Assembly (NCBI GenBank): GCA_018830005.1
Contig: JAHJTE010000001.1
Span: 193,332-257,331, forward strand
Length of the DNA: 64,000 nucleotides
Direction of reading: 5' to 3'
Source of the DNA: Candidatus Omnitrophota bacterium
Lineage (GTDB): Bacteria; Omnitrophota; Gorgyraeia; JAHJTE01
A program made the position numbers and the translations under genes. The first letter of the stretch is position 1, and the number at the start of each line of letters is the position of its first letter. This document shows, piece after piece, positions 30,545 to 40,193 of this stretch. Under the pieces are notes generated by a model, which had not been told where the DNA came from, did not search any database, and saw nothing but the letters and a program-made list of their open reading frames with translations.

Positions 30545-31564
30545 ATGTTTAAGAATATTCTCATAATTGGGCACTCCAATATTGGTGACGTCTGTTATAA
30601 TTTAACAGTGATTGCGCCATTGGAATCGGCATTCCCTGCGGCACGCATCAGTTTTCTGACTTCTTCTCGGGCAAGAGAGTTAGTTGAAAATTATCCCGGA
30701 ATAGACAGGATTATTACTTTTGATAAACATACAGAGGATAAAGGTATAATTGGACGCCTGCGTTTAATAAAGATATTAAGAGGTGAGAGATTTGATCTTG
30801 CAGTTGTTCTTAAAAAGAGTCTTTTCTTTGTTTTTGCCCGCATTCCTTGCGTCTGGAGGCTGAAGAGAGAAGATGTTTATGATTCTTCAGGTGAGCGGTT
30901 GCATATAGTTTTAGGATATCTCAATCTTTTGCGTTCTCACGGCGTTTCAGTTAAAGATAAACCCGAATTTAATTTTAAATTTAGAAAGCAAGAATTAGAT
31001 TTTGCCGATTCCTTTTTTAAAAAGAACGGAATAGGCAATACAGATACGCTGATAACAATATCACCTCTTTCAAATTGGTCTTTGAAATGTTGGCCCATCC
31101 AGAAGTGGAAGGAACTGATGAAAGCCTTGAGCAGTTTTAATAGAGTGAAAGTACTCATATTAGGTAAGGAGACTGATGATCCTTTCAGTAAAAAGGCAGC
31201 TAGAGAGATATCCGGCTTGGCTATTTCAGCTATTAATCAATGCAGTTTAAAGATGAGCATGGCACTTATAAGAATGAGCAAATTATTTATTTCTTCTGAT
31301 TCGAGCTTACTTCATATTGCAAGTTGTATGAAGATTCCCTCTATCGGTGTTTATGGCCCTACTGCTACAGGTAGCTATTATCCTTTTTTTCATTCTCAGG
31401 AAGTAATAATCGCAAAAAGCCTGCCACCCTGTGCGCCTTGTCTTTCTACTAAAAGATTTGCTCAATGCAGGGCCAAGGATGCCCAGGCGCCGTGTATGCA
31501 GGCAATCAGTGTTGTTGAAGTATTAGAGACGGCCTTAGAAAAGCTTAACCTGCAAAAGTCTTGA
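30545..31564 (+). CDS. Glycosyltransferase family 9 (heptosyltransferase-like)
   Basis: SNIGDV, KCWP, SSDSSLLHIA, YGPT, PCAPC...PCM. Confidence 0.9.
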   Translation: MFKNILIIGHSNIGDVCYNLTVIAPLESAFPAARISFLTSSRARELVENYPGIDRIITFDKHTEDKGIIGRLRLIKILRGERFDLAVVLKKSLFFVFARIPCVWRLKREDVYDSSGERLHIVLGYLNLLRSHGVSVKDKPEFNFKFRKQELDFADSFFKKNGIGNTDTLITISPLSNWSLKCWPIQKWKELMKALSSFNRVKVLILGKETDDPFSKKAAREISGLAISAINQCSLKMSMALIRMSKLFISSDSSLLHIASCMKIPSIGVYGPTATGSYYPFFHSQEVIIAKSLPPCAPCLSTKRFAQCRAKDAQAPCMQAISVVEVLETALEKLNLQKS

Positions 31565-31588
31565 CAGTTTAAGGCTCTCTGATAGAAT
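31561..31588 (+). promoter_or_regulatory. sigma70 promoter TTGACA-16-TAGAAT with extended -10 (TGn)
   Basis: Upstream of ferredoxin gene. Confidence 0.65.
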
Positions 31589-31638
31589 ATCTTCTATTAT
31601 TTTTTTAAGTCCTTACGGACAAAAGAATGGGGGGTTAA

Positions 31639-31821
31639 ATGAAGATTGTTGTTGATGCTGAGACTTGTGTAGGTTGTGGCCTGTGCGAACAAAGTTGTCC
31701 GGATGTTTTTAAGATGGGAGATGATAATATTGCTCAGGTATTAAGGCATGAATGTTCAAGTTGCGATTTGAAAGAAGTTGCAAGTCAATGTCCGGTTGAA
31801 GCAATTAAGGTCGAGGATTAA
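31639..31821 (+). CDS. Monocluster ferredoxin
   Basis: CVGCGLCEQSCPDVF...CPVEAI. Confidence 0.93.
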   Translation: MKIVVDAETCVGCGLCEQSCPDVFKMGDDNIAQVLRHECSSCDLKEVASQCPVEAIKVED

Positions 31822-31859
31822 GTCTTTAATACCTTAGGAGGGGATTGTTTTAACTGTTA

Positions 31860-33335
31860 TTATTGTTGGATAAGCTTTTTAGAAGAGCTAAGATTAGTTT
31901 TAAGCTTAGCTCTTTGTTTTAATTCCTGCAAGAAATTATAAAAAGATTCTTGTTCTTTTTGCGCTATTAATCTATCGTGATATTCTTCCTTTTTAAATTT
32001 TTTCTCATCTGCACCTTTAAACTCAACTAATCTTATTACATAGCTTGCCTTGGGGCTGCTTGCAATGGCTAACCTTTTGGGACTATCGGCCAAAGAAAAA
32101 GCAGCCTTTGAAAATTCATCCGAAATACCTATGTTTTCCAGATAGCCTCCGTGTTTAAAAAATGGCGTCTGGAGCAAATCAAGATCAAGATCATTAATAA
32201 GCCGTTTAAATTCTAGCTTGGGATTTTCTTCTAATTTCTTCTCTAGGAGATCTTTAATTTCATAGGCCTTTTTTAGCGCGAGTTCTTTGCTCTGCCTTAT
32301 TTTAAGGACATCCATAACCTTATCTTTTGCCTCTTGGAACTCAGGCAGATAGGGTTCTTTTATTTCGATTAATTCTGCTATATAGTAGCCTTGAGTTGTT
32401 TCGATGACCTCACTAATTTCTCCAGGTTTAAGACTAGAGATGGCATTAAGGAATTCCAGCGACCAACCAATATCTGGTATTGGTTGGTCAATACTGAATA
32501 GCCCAGTCTTATTATAAGACAGTGAATGTTCTTTACTTAGAGAGAGAAGATCGCTTTCTTTGGTTTGCTCTAATATTGAAAGCATGAGTTCACGTTTTTG
32601 TGTTTTCTTCTCTTGATTTTCTTCTTGATCAATAGTGATTCCGATATATTCGATGTTGATTTGAGACTGGGTGTAAAAATCGCCTTTATTTGTTTTAAAA
32701 TAATTATTTGCCTCTGAATCACTAATATTTATTCCTTTCTTGAAGGCCTCATTATTAAACGTGACGTAGGCCACCTTAATTTCTTCATTCTCTTTTTTAA
32801 ATTCACGCATTAAATCTGCATCATTTACAGTTACTTTTTTTGTCTTTTCTTTGAGTAATCCTTCGATTTCTAGAGACTCTCGAATATGGCGTTCAAAATC
32901 AGATGTCTTAATACGCAGGCCATAGAGTAGGACCTGTTGATATATCTCATTATTGAATTTTCCGTCTTTTTGAAAAAAGGGATATTCGGAAATTGTCTTT
33001 ACTATATCTTCGTTTGAGACCTTTATTTTTTCCTTGCGGACCTCATGCAGTAATATTAGTCTTTCCCAGGTGCGCTCTTGCAGATTAAGCATTGGTTCAA
33101 CCTGGGAGAAATTATCGCCAAAACGTATAAGCGCCTGAGTGCGCACAGCAATAAAGGCCTCGCGAAAATCATCAACAGAGATTTTCCTGCCGAAAATCTC
33201 ACCTGCGTGAGAAGGGTTCATCTTATCACGAATGAGCGAGCCTGAACCCCAGAGCACGAAGGCCGGTACGATAATTACTGCCAGAAAAAGAAATATTTTC
33301 TTTGCAGTTTTTTTATGTCTTAATTGTTTTAACAT
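31860..33335 (-). CDS. SurA N-terminal domain / PpiD-like membrane-anchored chaperone-rotamase
   Basis: N-terminal TM (IIVPAFVLWG), FQKDGKFN, parvulin-like LKPGEISEVIETTQGYYI. Confidence 0.85.
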   Translation of the reverse strand: MLKQLRHKKTAKKIFLFLAVIIVPAFVLWGSGSLIRDKMNPSHAGEIFGRKISVDDFREAFIAVRTQALIRFGDNFSQVEPMLNLQERTWERLILLHEVRKEKIKVSNEDIVKTISEYPFFQKDGKFNNEIYQQVLLYGLRIKTSDFERHIRESLEIEGLLKEKTKKVTVNDADLMREFKKENEEIKVAYVTFNNEAFKKGINISDSEANNYFKTNKGDFYTQSQINIEYIGITIDQEENQEKKTQKRELMLSILEQTKESDLLSLSKEHSLSYNKTGLFSIDQPIPDIGWSLEFLNAISSLKPGEISEVIETTQGYYIAELIEIKEPYLPEFQEAKDKVMDVLKIRQSKELALKKAYEIKDLLEKKLEENPKLEFKRLINDLDLDLLQTPFFKHGGYLENIGISDEFSKAAFSLADSPKRLAIASSPKASYVIRLVEFKGADEKKFKKEEYHDRLIAQKEQESFYNFLQELKQRAKLKTNLSSSKKLIQQ

Positions 33336-33370
33336 AATTTAATCCTTCCCTCAATTAATCTCAAGAGCTA

Positions 33371-33399
33371 ATCTTAACTAATCTTCATTTTTAAGTCAA
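33371..33399 (-). promoter_or_regulatory. sigma70-like promoter TTGACT-17-TAAGAT for the SurA/PpiD gene
   Basis: On the reverse strand between the B12-rSAM stop and the PpiD-like start; implies independent transcription. Confidence 0.6.
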
Positions 33400-33402
33400 G
33401 CT

Positions 33403-34737
33403 CTAATTGGCTCGCGGGCAAGATAATCTTTTTATTATTTTAAACTTATCTTTTAATGCAGGAGATTTATAATGATAATATGTGGAAAAGATATCCGGGT
33501 ATTTAATGATAAGCCCTTTCATATCTTTTGTATTTATTAGAAGAGGGCTTGAATCCGGGATTGCGGCCTCAGAAAATCTCAATATTTTTTTATAATAATT
33601 ATAAATCTGTGTATTCGGTAATGGGCATAAGAGGTAAAGTTGCAATTTTATTTTCATAGATTGCAGGTAGGCTATATACGTAATAGTATCCAGGAAATCA
33701 TTTTTGCTTTCAAAAGGGAATCCGTAAATAAAACTTGTACGTACTTCTTTAAAGTATTTTTTTGAAAGTAGTAAAATTCTTGTTGCCTCTTCTATTGTGA
33801 ATCTTTTTTTGATCTTTTTAAGTATAACATTTGAGCCAGATTCAATTCCGTAAGCAATTGCGCCGAAGTTATTCCTGGATAGATCTTTTATTATTTTTTC
33901 ACTCATAAAGTTGATTCTTCCATAGCAGCGGAATTCTATTTTCCTTTTGAATCTCATCTGCCCAGAAAAACTCAAAAAATCATATAGCCTTGATTTATCT
34001 GATAAGAATGTGTCATCTCGAAGATATAATATCTTCGGGCAATTTTTCTGTTTGGATAGATATAAAATTTCGTCTTTAACTATGTTTAGGTTACGTTTTT
34101 CATGTTGCTTAAAATATTCTGGGATACAACAGAAACTACATCTAAAAGGACATCCCTGCCCAGTTAATATCATAATTTTCTTATAAGATTTAAGATTTAT
34201 ATTTTTGTATGCCTCAATAAAGCTATCAGACATAATGTGAGAATGCGTCCTTTTTGGGGTAAATATGACAGAGGGGCCTAATCTAAAGCCGATTCCTTTT
34301 ACTGATAAGTAATTTTTGTTGTGTTTAATTACTTTTAATAATTCCGGTAAGGTTTCTGTACCATCGCCAATAACGATAATATCTATGCAAGGGAAATTAT
34401 CTAGTATTTTTCCTGCCACTAGGCTTGGCCCAATGCCACCTAATATTATTATTTTTTCAGGGGTCTCTTTTTTTATAATCTGGACAATCTCTATAACATA
34501 AGGCAACATATACGAAAAACAGCTTATAGCGATAATATCCGCCGCATTTTTAAAAAAAGAAGCCATATCTTTCAGTGTGTGTTTTTTTCTTGGTTTAAAG
34601 AGTTGGTAATCGCGGAAGTCAACAGTAAAATTATTCTTTGAAAGGGATGCTATCAAGGAAAGACAGCCTAAGGGAAGACTGAGGTGTGCATCTATGCCGT
34701 CAATAAAATTTATTAATGTGATATCTTTATTACTCAT
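33403..34737 (-). CDS. Cobalamin-binding radical SAM protein (class B methyltransferase-like)
   Basis: N-terminal B12-binding Rossmann fold (LPLG, IILGG, GDGTE), GCPFRCSFC, GIESGS, FIYGFPFES. Confidence 0.9.
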   Translation of the reverse strand: MSNKDITLINFIDGIDAHLSLPLGCLSLIASLSKNNFTVDFRDYQLFKPRKKHTLKDMASFFKNAADIIAISCFSYMLPYVIEIVQIIKKETPEKIIILGGIGPSLVAGKILDNFPCIDIIVIGDGTETLPELLKVIKHNKNYLSVKGIGFRLGPSVIFTPKRTHSHIMSDSFIEAYKNINLKSYKKIMILTGQGCPFRCSFCCIPEYFKQHEKRNLNIVKDEILYLSKQKNCPKILYLRDDTFLSDKSRLYDFLSFSGQMRFKRKIEFRCYGRINFMSEKIIKDLSRNNFGAIAYGIESGSNVILKKIKKRFTIEEATRILLLSKKYFKEVRTSFIYGFPFESKNDFLDTITYIAYLQSMKIKLQLYLLCPLPNTQIYNYYKKILRFSEAAIPDSSPLLINTKDMKGLIIKYPDIFSTYYHYKSPALKDKFKIIKRLSCPRAN

Positions 34738-34953
34738 ATAATACCTATAATTTTAGCATAAGATCTTGCAATTAAAAGATAATTGTTGAAAGATAATAAT
34801 CGTTATAACCTATTTTAATTACTACAGTTGCGCTCCCTAGATTATATCTGAGCGCCTGCCTTGATTCAAAAAGAGCTGATTAAAAAATTATTTAATATAT
34901 TTATAAATGCGTTATAATATTGATGTTAATTAAGTTTTATCCCTTATCAATTT

Positions 34954-36234
34954 ATGAAACTATTACCTAAAGAAAATAAACTGTCCCTAATAGCTATTTA
35001 TTCTATTCTTTTTTTCCTGGCAGTCGGCTCTCTTTTTTATGGGTTTTTCGGACACAGGCTCATTGAAGCGATGTATAAGGGCGAGTCGATTGAATTCTTG
35101 AATAAAATCATTGTAGGTCAGGCCAGGCGGCCATTAGAGCATTATTTAAGGACAGCTAATCGGCTCTTCTTTTATTTTTTCTCTTTGTCAGCTTTGCTTA
35201 TAGTATTTATTATGCTTTTTACCTTTGTTGTTAATTATCTAAAAGCACGCAGAAATAAGTTCCTAGCTGATATTTCGCTTGTTTGTCTTACGCTGCTTTT
35301 TCTATTTCTAACCTTAGAGGTTATAGTTAGGACATATTATTTTTTCCAGGGAGAACATAAATTTTATATGTTGGTGGAATCCTTTTATGATTCGAAACTT
35401 GGCTGGAAAGGCAAGCAGATCTTCGGAGATCCAGAAAGCGAAAAATATAAAATCTTTTTTATTGGGGATTCTTTTACCCATGGCTGTGTGCTTAGTGAAG
35501 AACATATGTATTATACAGTCCTTGCAGATAGTCTGGATGCTGAAATATTTGCCTATGGCGCAGGCGGATATGGTACTCTCCAGGAATACCTTATACTCGA
35601 TAAATTCTTCGATGAGATTAAGCCTGATTTAGTTATGCTCCAGGTCTGTGATAATGATTTTGTTAATAATTCCTGGGAACTTGAAAGCAGGAGTTTTTAT
35701 AACAACCATCTCATGATGCGACCTTATTTAAGAGAGGGAAAAATCGAGTATCGCTTTCCCAGGTCCCTGGGAAATATTAGGGTATTCCTTTGCCTTCATT
35801 CAAATCTTTTTTATCTATCATTCAACAGGATAGATAGAATTCTTGCAATTCTGGCCAAAAAAGGCTTACTGCATAGCGTTGAGGAAGATATCAGTAAAAA
35901 AGAATTGGATTTTGTTCCTTTTAAAAGAGCAGTCTTTACTACTAACAGCATAATAGCAAAGATGAAACAGAGAGTTGGTAATACTCCAATAGTTGCCTTT
36001 TCTGTTGATAATAGGCAACCTTATTTTAAACACTTTAGGAGAATCTTTAAGAAAAATAATATTGAATTTATTGAGGCTGTGCCGAAGTTAATAGGAGAAA
36101 GTGAGGAAAAGGGTCTTGGCTTAAGGCTAGAAGAGCCCAGTCCTTTTGCCGGACATTTTAACGGACTCGGCAATAGAATTTGCGCAGAGACCTTGATAAA
36201 GGCAATGGGAGACCTTGGGCTTATACGCAAGTAA
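34954..36234 (+). CDS. Membrane-anchored SGNH/GDSL hydrolase or acyltransferase
   Basis: Three N-terminal TMs; IGDSFT, GGYGTLQE, CDNDF, GHFN blocks. Confidence 0.82.
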   Translation: MKLLPKENKLSLIAIYSILFFLAVGSLFYGFFGHRLIEAMYKGESIEFLNKIIVGQARRPLEHYLRTANRLFFYFFSLSALLIVFIMLFTFVVNYLKARRNKFLADISLVCLTLLFLFLTLEVIVRTYYFFQGEHKFYMLVESFYDSKLGWKGKQIFGDPESEKYKIFFIGDSFTHGCVLSEEHMYYTVLADSLDAEIFAYGAGGYGTLQEYLILDKFFDEIKPDLVMLQVCDNDFVNNSWELESRSFYNNHLMMRPYLREGKIEYRFPRSLGNIRVFLCLHSNLFYLSFNRIDRILAILAKKGLLHSVEEDISKKELDFVPFKRAVFTTNSIIAKMKQRVGNTPIVAFSVDNRQPYFKHFRRIFKKNNIEFIEAVPKLIGESEEKGLGLRLEEPSPFAGHFNGLGNRICAETLIKAMGDLGLIRK

Positions 36235-36279
36235 GGCATTAGAAAATGCTCAATATTATTTAGTTGTCTCCTCAAAAAA

Positions 36280-36288
36280 TGGTATAAT
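36280..36288 (+). promoter_or_regulatory. Extended -10 element (TGGTATAAT) upstream of radical SAM cluster
   Basis: TGnTATAAT in 139-bp intergenic gap; no convincing -35. Confidence 0.45.
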
Positions 36289-36373
36289 AGAATCGAAAGC
36301 TTAAAATATCAATTTTAAAGAGTTGTTTTCTCCCCTGATAAAAAAATATAATTTATAGACACCTAGACCAAAC

Positions 36374-37456
36374 GTGAAGCCTCATCTCATAAAGACCAAA
36401 GAAAAAGACAATTATATCCAGCAGCTTGAAGCAAAGCTCCTACCCCGCGGCCGTCCGCTTGCCGGGCAGATTGATGTTACATACCGCTGTAATCTAGCCT
36501 GCCAACATTGTTTTATTGTCCCTGAAGAAAACACTGAGGAACTTAAATTTAGCCAAATAATATCTATTATAGATCAGCTCTATGAGGCAGGCTGCCTTTT
36601 TCTTTACTTTAGCGGAGGAGAACCTTTTTTAAGAGAAGATTTTTTGGATATCTATACTTATGCCAGAAACAAAGGCTTTTTAGTCAGCATATTCACAAAC
36701 GGTACTCTTATAAGCGAGGAGATTCTAGATTACTTAGTTAAACTTCCTCCCTATTCTATCGAGATTACATTAAACGGAATAACCCAAGATGTGTATGAAC
36801 AAATAACCCAAGTTAAAGGTTCTTTTTCAAAAGTGATGAAGGCAATAGAGTTGATTAAAGATAAGAATCTGCCTCTTGTTCTTAAATGTAATGGCATGAA
36901 GATAAATTACGATCAGATTTTGAAGATAGAAGAGTTCTCACAAGATTTATTAGGCAAAAAATACTTCCGCTGTAACCTTTCACTTGATCCTGCAATGGAT
37001 GGTTCAAAGAGGCCGTGTGCTCTTAGGCTTAGTCCTGAAGAGACATTAAATATAGTGCATTCTGATGAGGATATGTTTTCACTCTGCCGAGAAGAATTCC
37101 TGCATCACAAAGATAATTCACGCTTAAAAGATGGCTATCTATTTCCTTGCGGCTTGAGTTATTTTAATATTGACGCTTACGGTAAGATGAGACTTTGTTT
37201 ATTTATCAGAGAGGCCTACAGCGACTTGAAGAAAGAAAAATTCTTAAGAGGCTTTGCAAGAATTTATGAAAATCTTTCCGGACTTAAATTCAAGACTAAC
37301 AGCAAATGTCGAAATTGCAATATAAGTTATCTCTGTCGGCAGTGTCCGGGCAGGGCCTTAGCAGAGAATGTTGATATGGAGGCTCCGGTTGAGTTTTTCT
37401 GCGAACTTGCGCATAAAGAGGCGCAGAGGATGGAAGAGGTTTTAGTTAAAAAGTAA
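36374..37456 (+). CDS. Radical SAM/SPASM protein (PqqE-like), type A
   Basis: CNLACQHC, SGGEP, TNG; SPASM CG...C...CRNCNISYLCRQCP...C. Confidence 0.92.
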   Translation: MKPHLIKTKEKDNYIQQLEAKLLPRGRPLAGQIDVTYRCNLACQHCFIVPEENTEELKFSQIISIIDQLYEAGCLFLYFSGGEPFLREDFLDIYTYARNKGFLVSIFTNGTLISEEILDYLVKLPPYSIEITLNGITQDVYEQITQVKGSFSKVMKAIELIKDKNLPLVLKCNGMKINYDQILKIEEFSQDLLGKKYFRCNLSLDPAMDGSKRPCALRLSPEETLNIVHSDEDMFSLCREEFLHHKDNSRLKDGYLFPCGLSYFNIDAYGKMRLCLFIREAYSDLKKEKFLRGFARIYENLSGLKFKTNSKCRNCNISYLCRQCPGRALAENVDMEAPVEFFCELAHKEAQRMEEVLVKK

Positions 37457-37479
37457 AAAATTTAAAGGGAGGTGAACAA

Positions 37480-38007
37480 ATGCTTAAGTTAGATGAAGTT
37501 TATGTAAAAGAGCAAGATTCCTGGGTAAGCAGACATATTTTGGATGAGGTAGTGATTATGCCTTTATGTAGAAGCGCTGATGACATGCAGTATATCTATT
37601 CAATTTCCAATGAGACTGGTTCAAGGATTTGGCAGCTTCTGGATGGTGATAATTCGACCTGGGATATCCAGGAGACAATAAAGTCAGAGTATCAAGGTCA
37701 GTTCGAGGTAATAGAGCGAGAAGTGTTGGGATTCTTGAAAGATCTTTCTGAGGCAGGGCTTATTCGCAAGGCCAGAATTAAACCGAAAACCGAAAACCTA
37801 AACCCGAAACCCGAGATAAAAAAGAAACCCTACAAGAGCCCAGAGATTGCCAAGGTAAAGTTACAGCCTGAGCAGGCAGTCTTAAGTTGCTGTACAATCA
37901 ACGGCGGTTATAAAGGAACCACTGTAAATAGATGCGCTGGTCTATGTCCAATTGATGCTTCATGCAACGCATTATCGGATCAATCCCGTGATGCGCTTGC
38001 CACTTAA
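37480..38007 (+). CDS. PqqD/RRE domain fused to a YxxP-leader, Cys-rich precursor-like peptide
   Basis: aa 1-97 RRE (NETGSRIWQLLDG, FLKDLSEAGLI); then KKKPYKSPEIAKVKLQPEQAVLSCCTINGGYKGTTVNRCAGLCPIDASCNALSDQSRDALAT; GGAGGTG RBS. Confidence 0.85.
   Translation: MLKLDEVYVKEQDSWVSRHILDEVVIMPLCRSADDMQYIYSISNETGSRIWQLLDGDNSTWDIQETIKSEYQGQFEVIEREVLGFLKDLSEAGLIRKARIKPKTENLNPKPEIKKKPYKSPEIAKVKLQPEQAVLSCCTINGGYKGTTVNRCAGLCPIDASCNALSDQSRDALAT
37780..37814 (+). repeat. 5 x 7-bp tandem repeat (AAACCGA AAACCGA AAACCTA AACCCGA AACCCGA) in RRE-precursor linker
   Basis: Read directly from sequence. Confidence 0.85.
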
Positions 38008-38101
38008 ATAGTGCAACTTGATTATACATGTCTATCCGCTGTAGGTACAGATCAATACAGATTAATCCGCCTAGATCAATAAAGAGCTCTTACATCGCCT
38101 T

Positions 38102-38155
38102 CCTCATCCTAGCATCTATCTGTCGTTGATATAGAATGAGGTTACGGCAGATAGA
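38102..38155 (+). other. Intergenic stem-loop / possible pseudoknot after precursor gene
   Basis: TCTATCTGTCGT (38115-38126) pairs with ACGGCAGATAGA (38144-38155); loop ATGAGG complementary to CCTCAT (38102-38107). Confidence 0.55.
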
Positions 38156-38175
38156 GACTAATCAGTGAAAGAAAC

Positions 38176-39285
38176 ATGATAAACCAAGGTGATTACGATA
38201 AATTTCAAGCAAGATTAATCAAGAAGGCAAGGAACAAGGCCTTTCCTCTTAAGGCAATGTTTGAACTTACCTATAGGTGTAACCTTAAATGCCGACACTG
38301 CTATGTGTGCGATGGCGAGAATAGAAAAGAATTACAAACCCAGGAGGTCTTTTCTATTCTTGATCAGTTGGCAGAGGCAGGATGTCTAAATTTAGGTTTT
38401 ACAGGAGGAGAGCCTTTCCTGCGAAAGGATATATTTGATATTTTAAGATATGCTAAGAATAAGGGATTTAATACCGTACTTTTGACCAATGCGACTTTGA
38501 TTGAAGAAGCTGATGCAGACAGGTTAAAAGAGTTGGGTCTAAATAAGATTGATGTATCTTTTCATACTAGGAAGCAAGAGGTTTTTGATTGGTTTACTCA
38601 AAGGCCTGGTACATATAAAAGAGTCTCAGAGGCAGTCAGGCTCTTAAGAAAAAAAGGCATTGATGTTTTTCTTAAAACGACTGCAATGACTATAAATAAG
38701 GATGAGATTTTAGCCTTGAGGCATCTTGCAGTAGAGAAATTTGGCGCACATTTTCGCTGGAGTTCGATAATAACTCCAGACCTAGAGGCTAATAAGGAGA
38801 ATTTGAGGTTTCGTTTAACAGCAGAGGATGTTAATTGTCTAGAGAAGCAGATTAGAGATGATAGTGTAATAGAATTTGAAAAACTAGACACCTTGGAAAA
38901 AATAAATAGAAAGTCAGCGAAAAGGCAAAGGCCTATTAGAAAGATAAATCATAACCAGCTGTTTCATTGTGGTGCAGGCAAAACAGAGGTTGTAATAGAC
39001 CCCTATGGCCAGATGAGATTATGTCTGGATATACCATTCCCAAAATACGATATTTTAAAGAGTAATTTCTCCCAAAGCTGGAAGATGTTAACTGATTTTG
39101 TAAGAGATACAGCTGGCGGGTCTAGTTATCAATGTCAAGACTGTGAACTTATTCAATATTGTAAGTCTTGTCCTGCGTATGCATGGCTTGAGTGCGGTGA
39201 CATCAGTGCTTGCCCGCCATATTTTAGAGAGCTGGCGCGTCTGGCAAAGATGGAATCCGAAACAGAGGATATAAAGATTGCATGA
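38176..39285 (+). CDS. Radical SAM/SPASM protein, type B
   Basis: CNLKCRHC, TGGEP; HCGAG...C...CQDCELIQYCKSCP...CP. Confidence 0.92.
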   Translation: MINQGDYDKFQARLIKKARNKAFPLKAMFELTYRCNLKCRHCYVCDGENRKELQTQEVFSILDQLAEAGCLNLGFTGGEPFLRKDIFDILRYAKNKGFNTVLLTNATLIEEADADRLKELGLNKIDVSFHTRKQEVFDWFTQRPGTYKRVSEAVRLLRKKGIDVFLKTTAMTINKDEILALRHLAVEKFGAHFRWSSIITPDLEANKENLRFRLTAEDVNCLEKQIRDDSVIEFEKLDTLEKINRKSAKRQRPIRKINHNQLFHCGAGKTEVVIDPYGQMRLCLDIPFPKYDILKSNFSQSWKMLTDFVRDTAGGSSYQCQDCELIQYCKSCPAYAWLECGDISACPPYFRELARLAKMESETEDIKIA

Positions 39286-40193
39286 GGAAAGAACTTAGAT
39301 TAGAAATTGCCGGGATTGGATTTTTATTTCGTTATAATAATTGTCAGATTAAAGAAGGCAGATATAGTCCAGCATACCTTGAGGATTTTATTAAACCGGG
39401 TAATAATAGTGATTTCATTATTGATCTTGACGTGGGATCTCTTCCTGCAATTCCTAGGGGGAGGCTGTTGTTTGAATCAAAGGAGAATTGGCGTTCCTTT
39501 GCGCATAACGGAAGTTTCCTAATCGAGACTTACTATGGTAAGTCAGAGATAACCAGGGTTTGTGTAATAAATAAAGATCTAAGTAAGGCAAAGGTATATA
39601 TCTCACCCTGGACAGACGAATTTGATAAAAAGAAAAGACTTAAAAACAATCCTCCCAAGAACTGGTCACTGGAGACATTTTTTTCTGTTTTAGGCCAGCT
39701 TATTTTAATCAACCTATTACATAAATATCAGGGGCTTCTTTTGCATGCCTGTGGTGTAGTTGTTGATGGTGCGGGATTAGTTTTTCCCGGGATATCAGGC
39801 GCAGGCAAGACGACTCTGACAAGGTTATGGCAGAAGAGGGGTGGCCTTGGCCTATTAAGCGATGATCGGGTAATTATTCGAAAGATAAATAAAGAATATT
39901 TTGTTTCTGGAAGCCCTTGGCCAGGCGAGGCCAGGATTGCCTCTGGTAAATCAGCGCCGCTTAGTAAAATCCTGTTTCTTTCCAAGGCCAATCAAAATAA
40001 ACTCAAAGCCCTAGGAAAAAGAGAAAGTCTATATCTGCTTATGAGGCAGTGTTTTCCTCCTATATGGGATAGACAGGCGATTGATTTTTTTCTTAAGTTT
40101 TGCGCAAGTCTAGTCGAAGATGTCCCCTGTTTTTCATTTGGTTTTGTTCCGGATGAAAGCGCGCTAGATTTTATTTTAAAAAACCACTCATGA
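39282..40193 (+). CDS. HPr kinase-related P-loop protein (ScmC / lasso kinase-like)
   Basis: LLHACGV, GISGAGKTT Walker A, LSDDRV, GSPW. Confidence 0.82.
   Translation: MRKELRLEIAGIGFLFRYNNCQIKEGRYSPAYLEDFIKPGNNSDFIIDLDVGSLPAIPRGRLLFESKENWRSFAHNGSFLIETYYGKSEITRVCVINKDLSKAKVYISPWTDEFDKKKRLKNNPPKNWSLETFFSVLGQLILINLLHKYQGLLLHACGVVVDGAGLVFPGISGAGKTTLTRLWQKRGGLGLLSDDRVIIRKINKEYFVSGSPWPGEARIASGKSAPLSKILFLSKANQNKLKALGKRESLYLLMRQCFPPIWDRQAIDFFLKFCASLVEDVPCFSFGFVPDESALDFILKNHS

Noticed and set aside
34830-34855. GCGCTC...GAGCGC inverted repeat in the divergent promoter region
   Set aside because: Single short instance with no U-tract and no identifiable regulator
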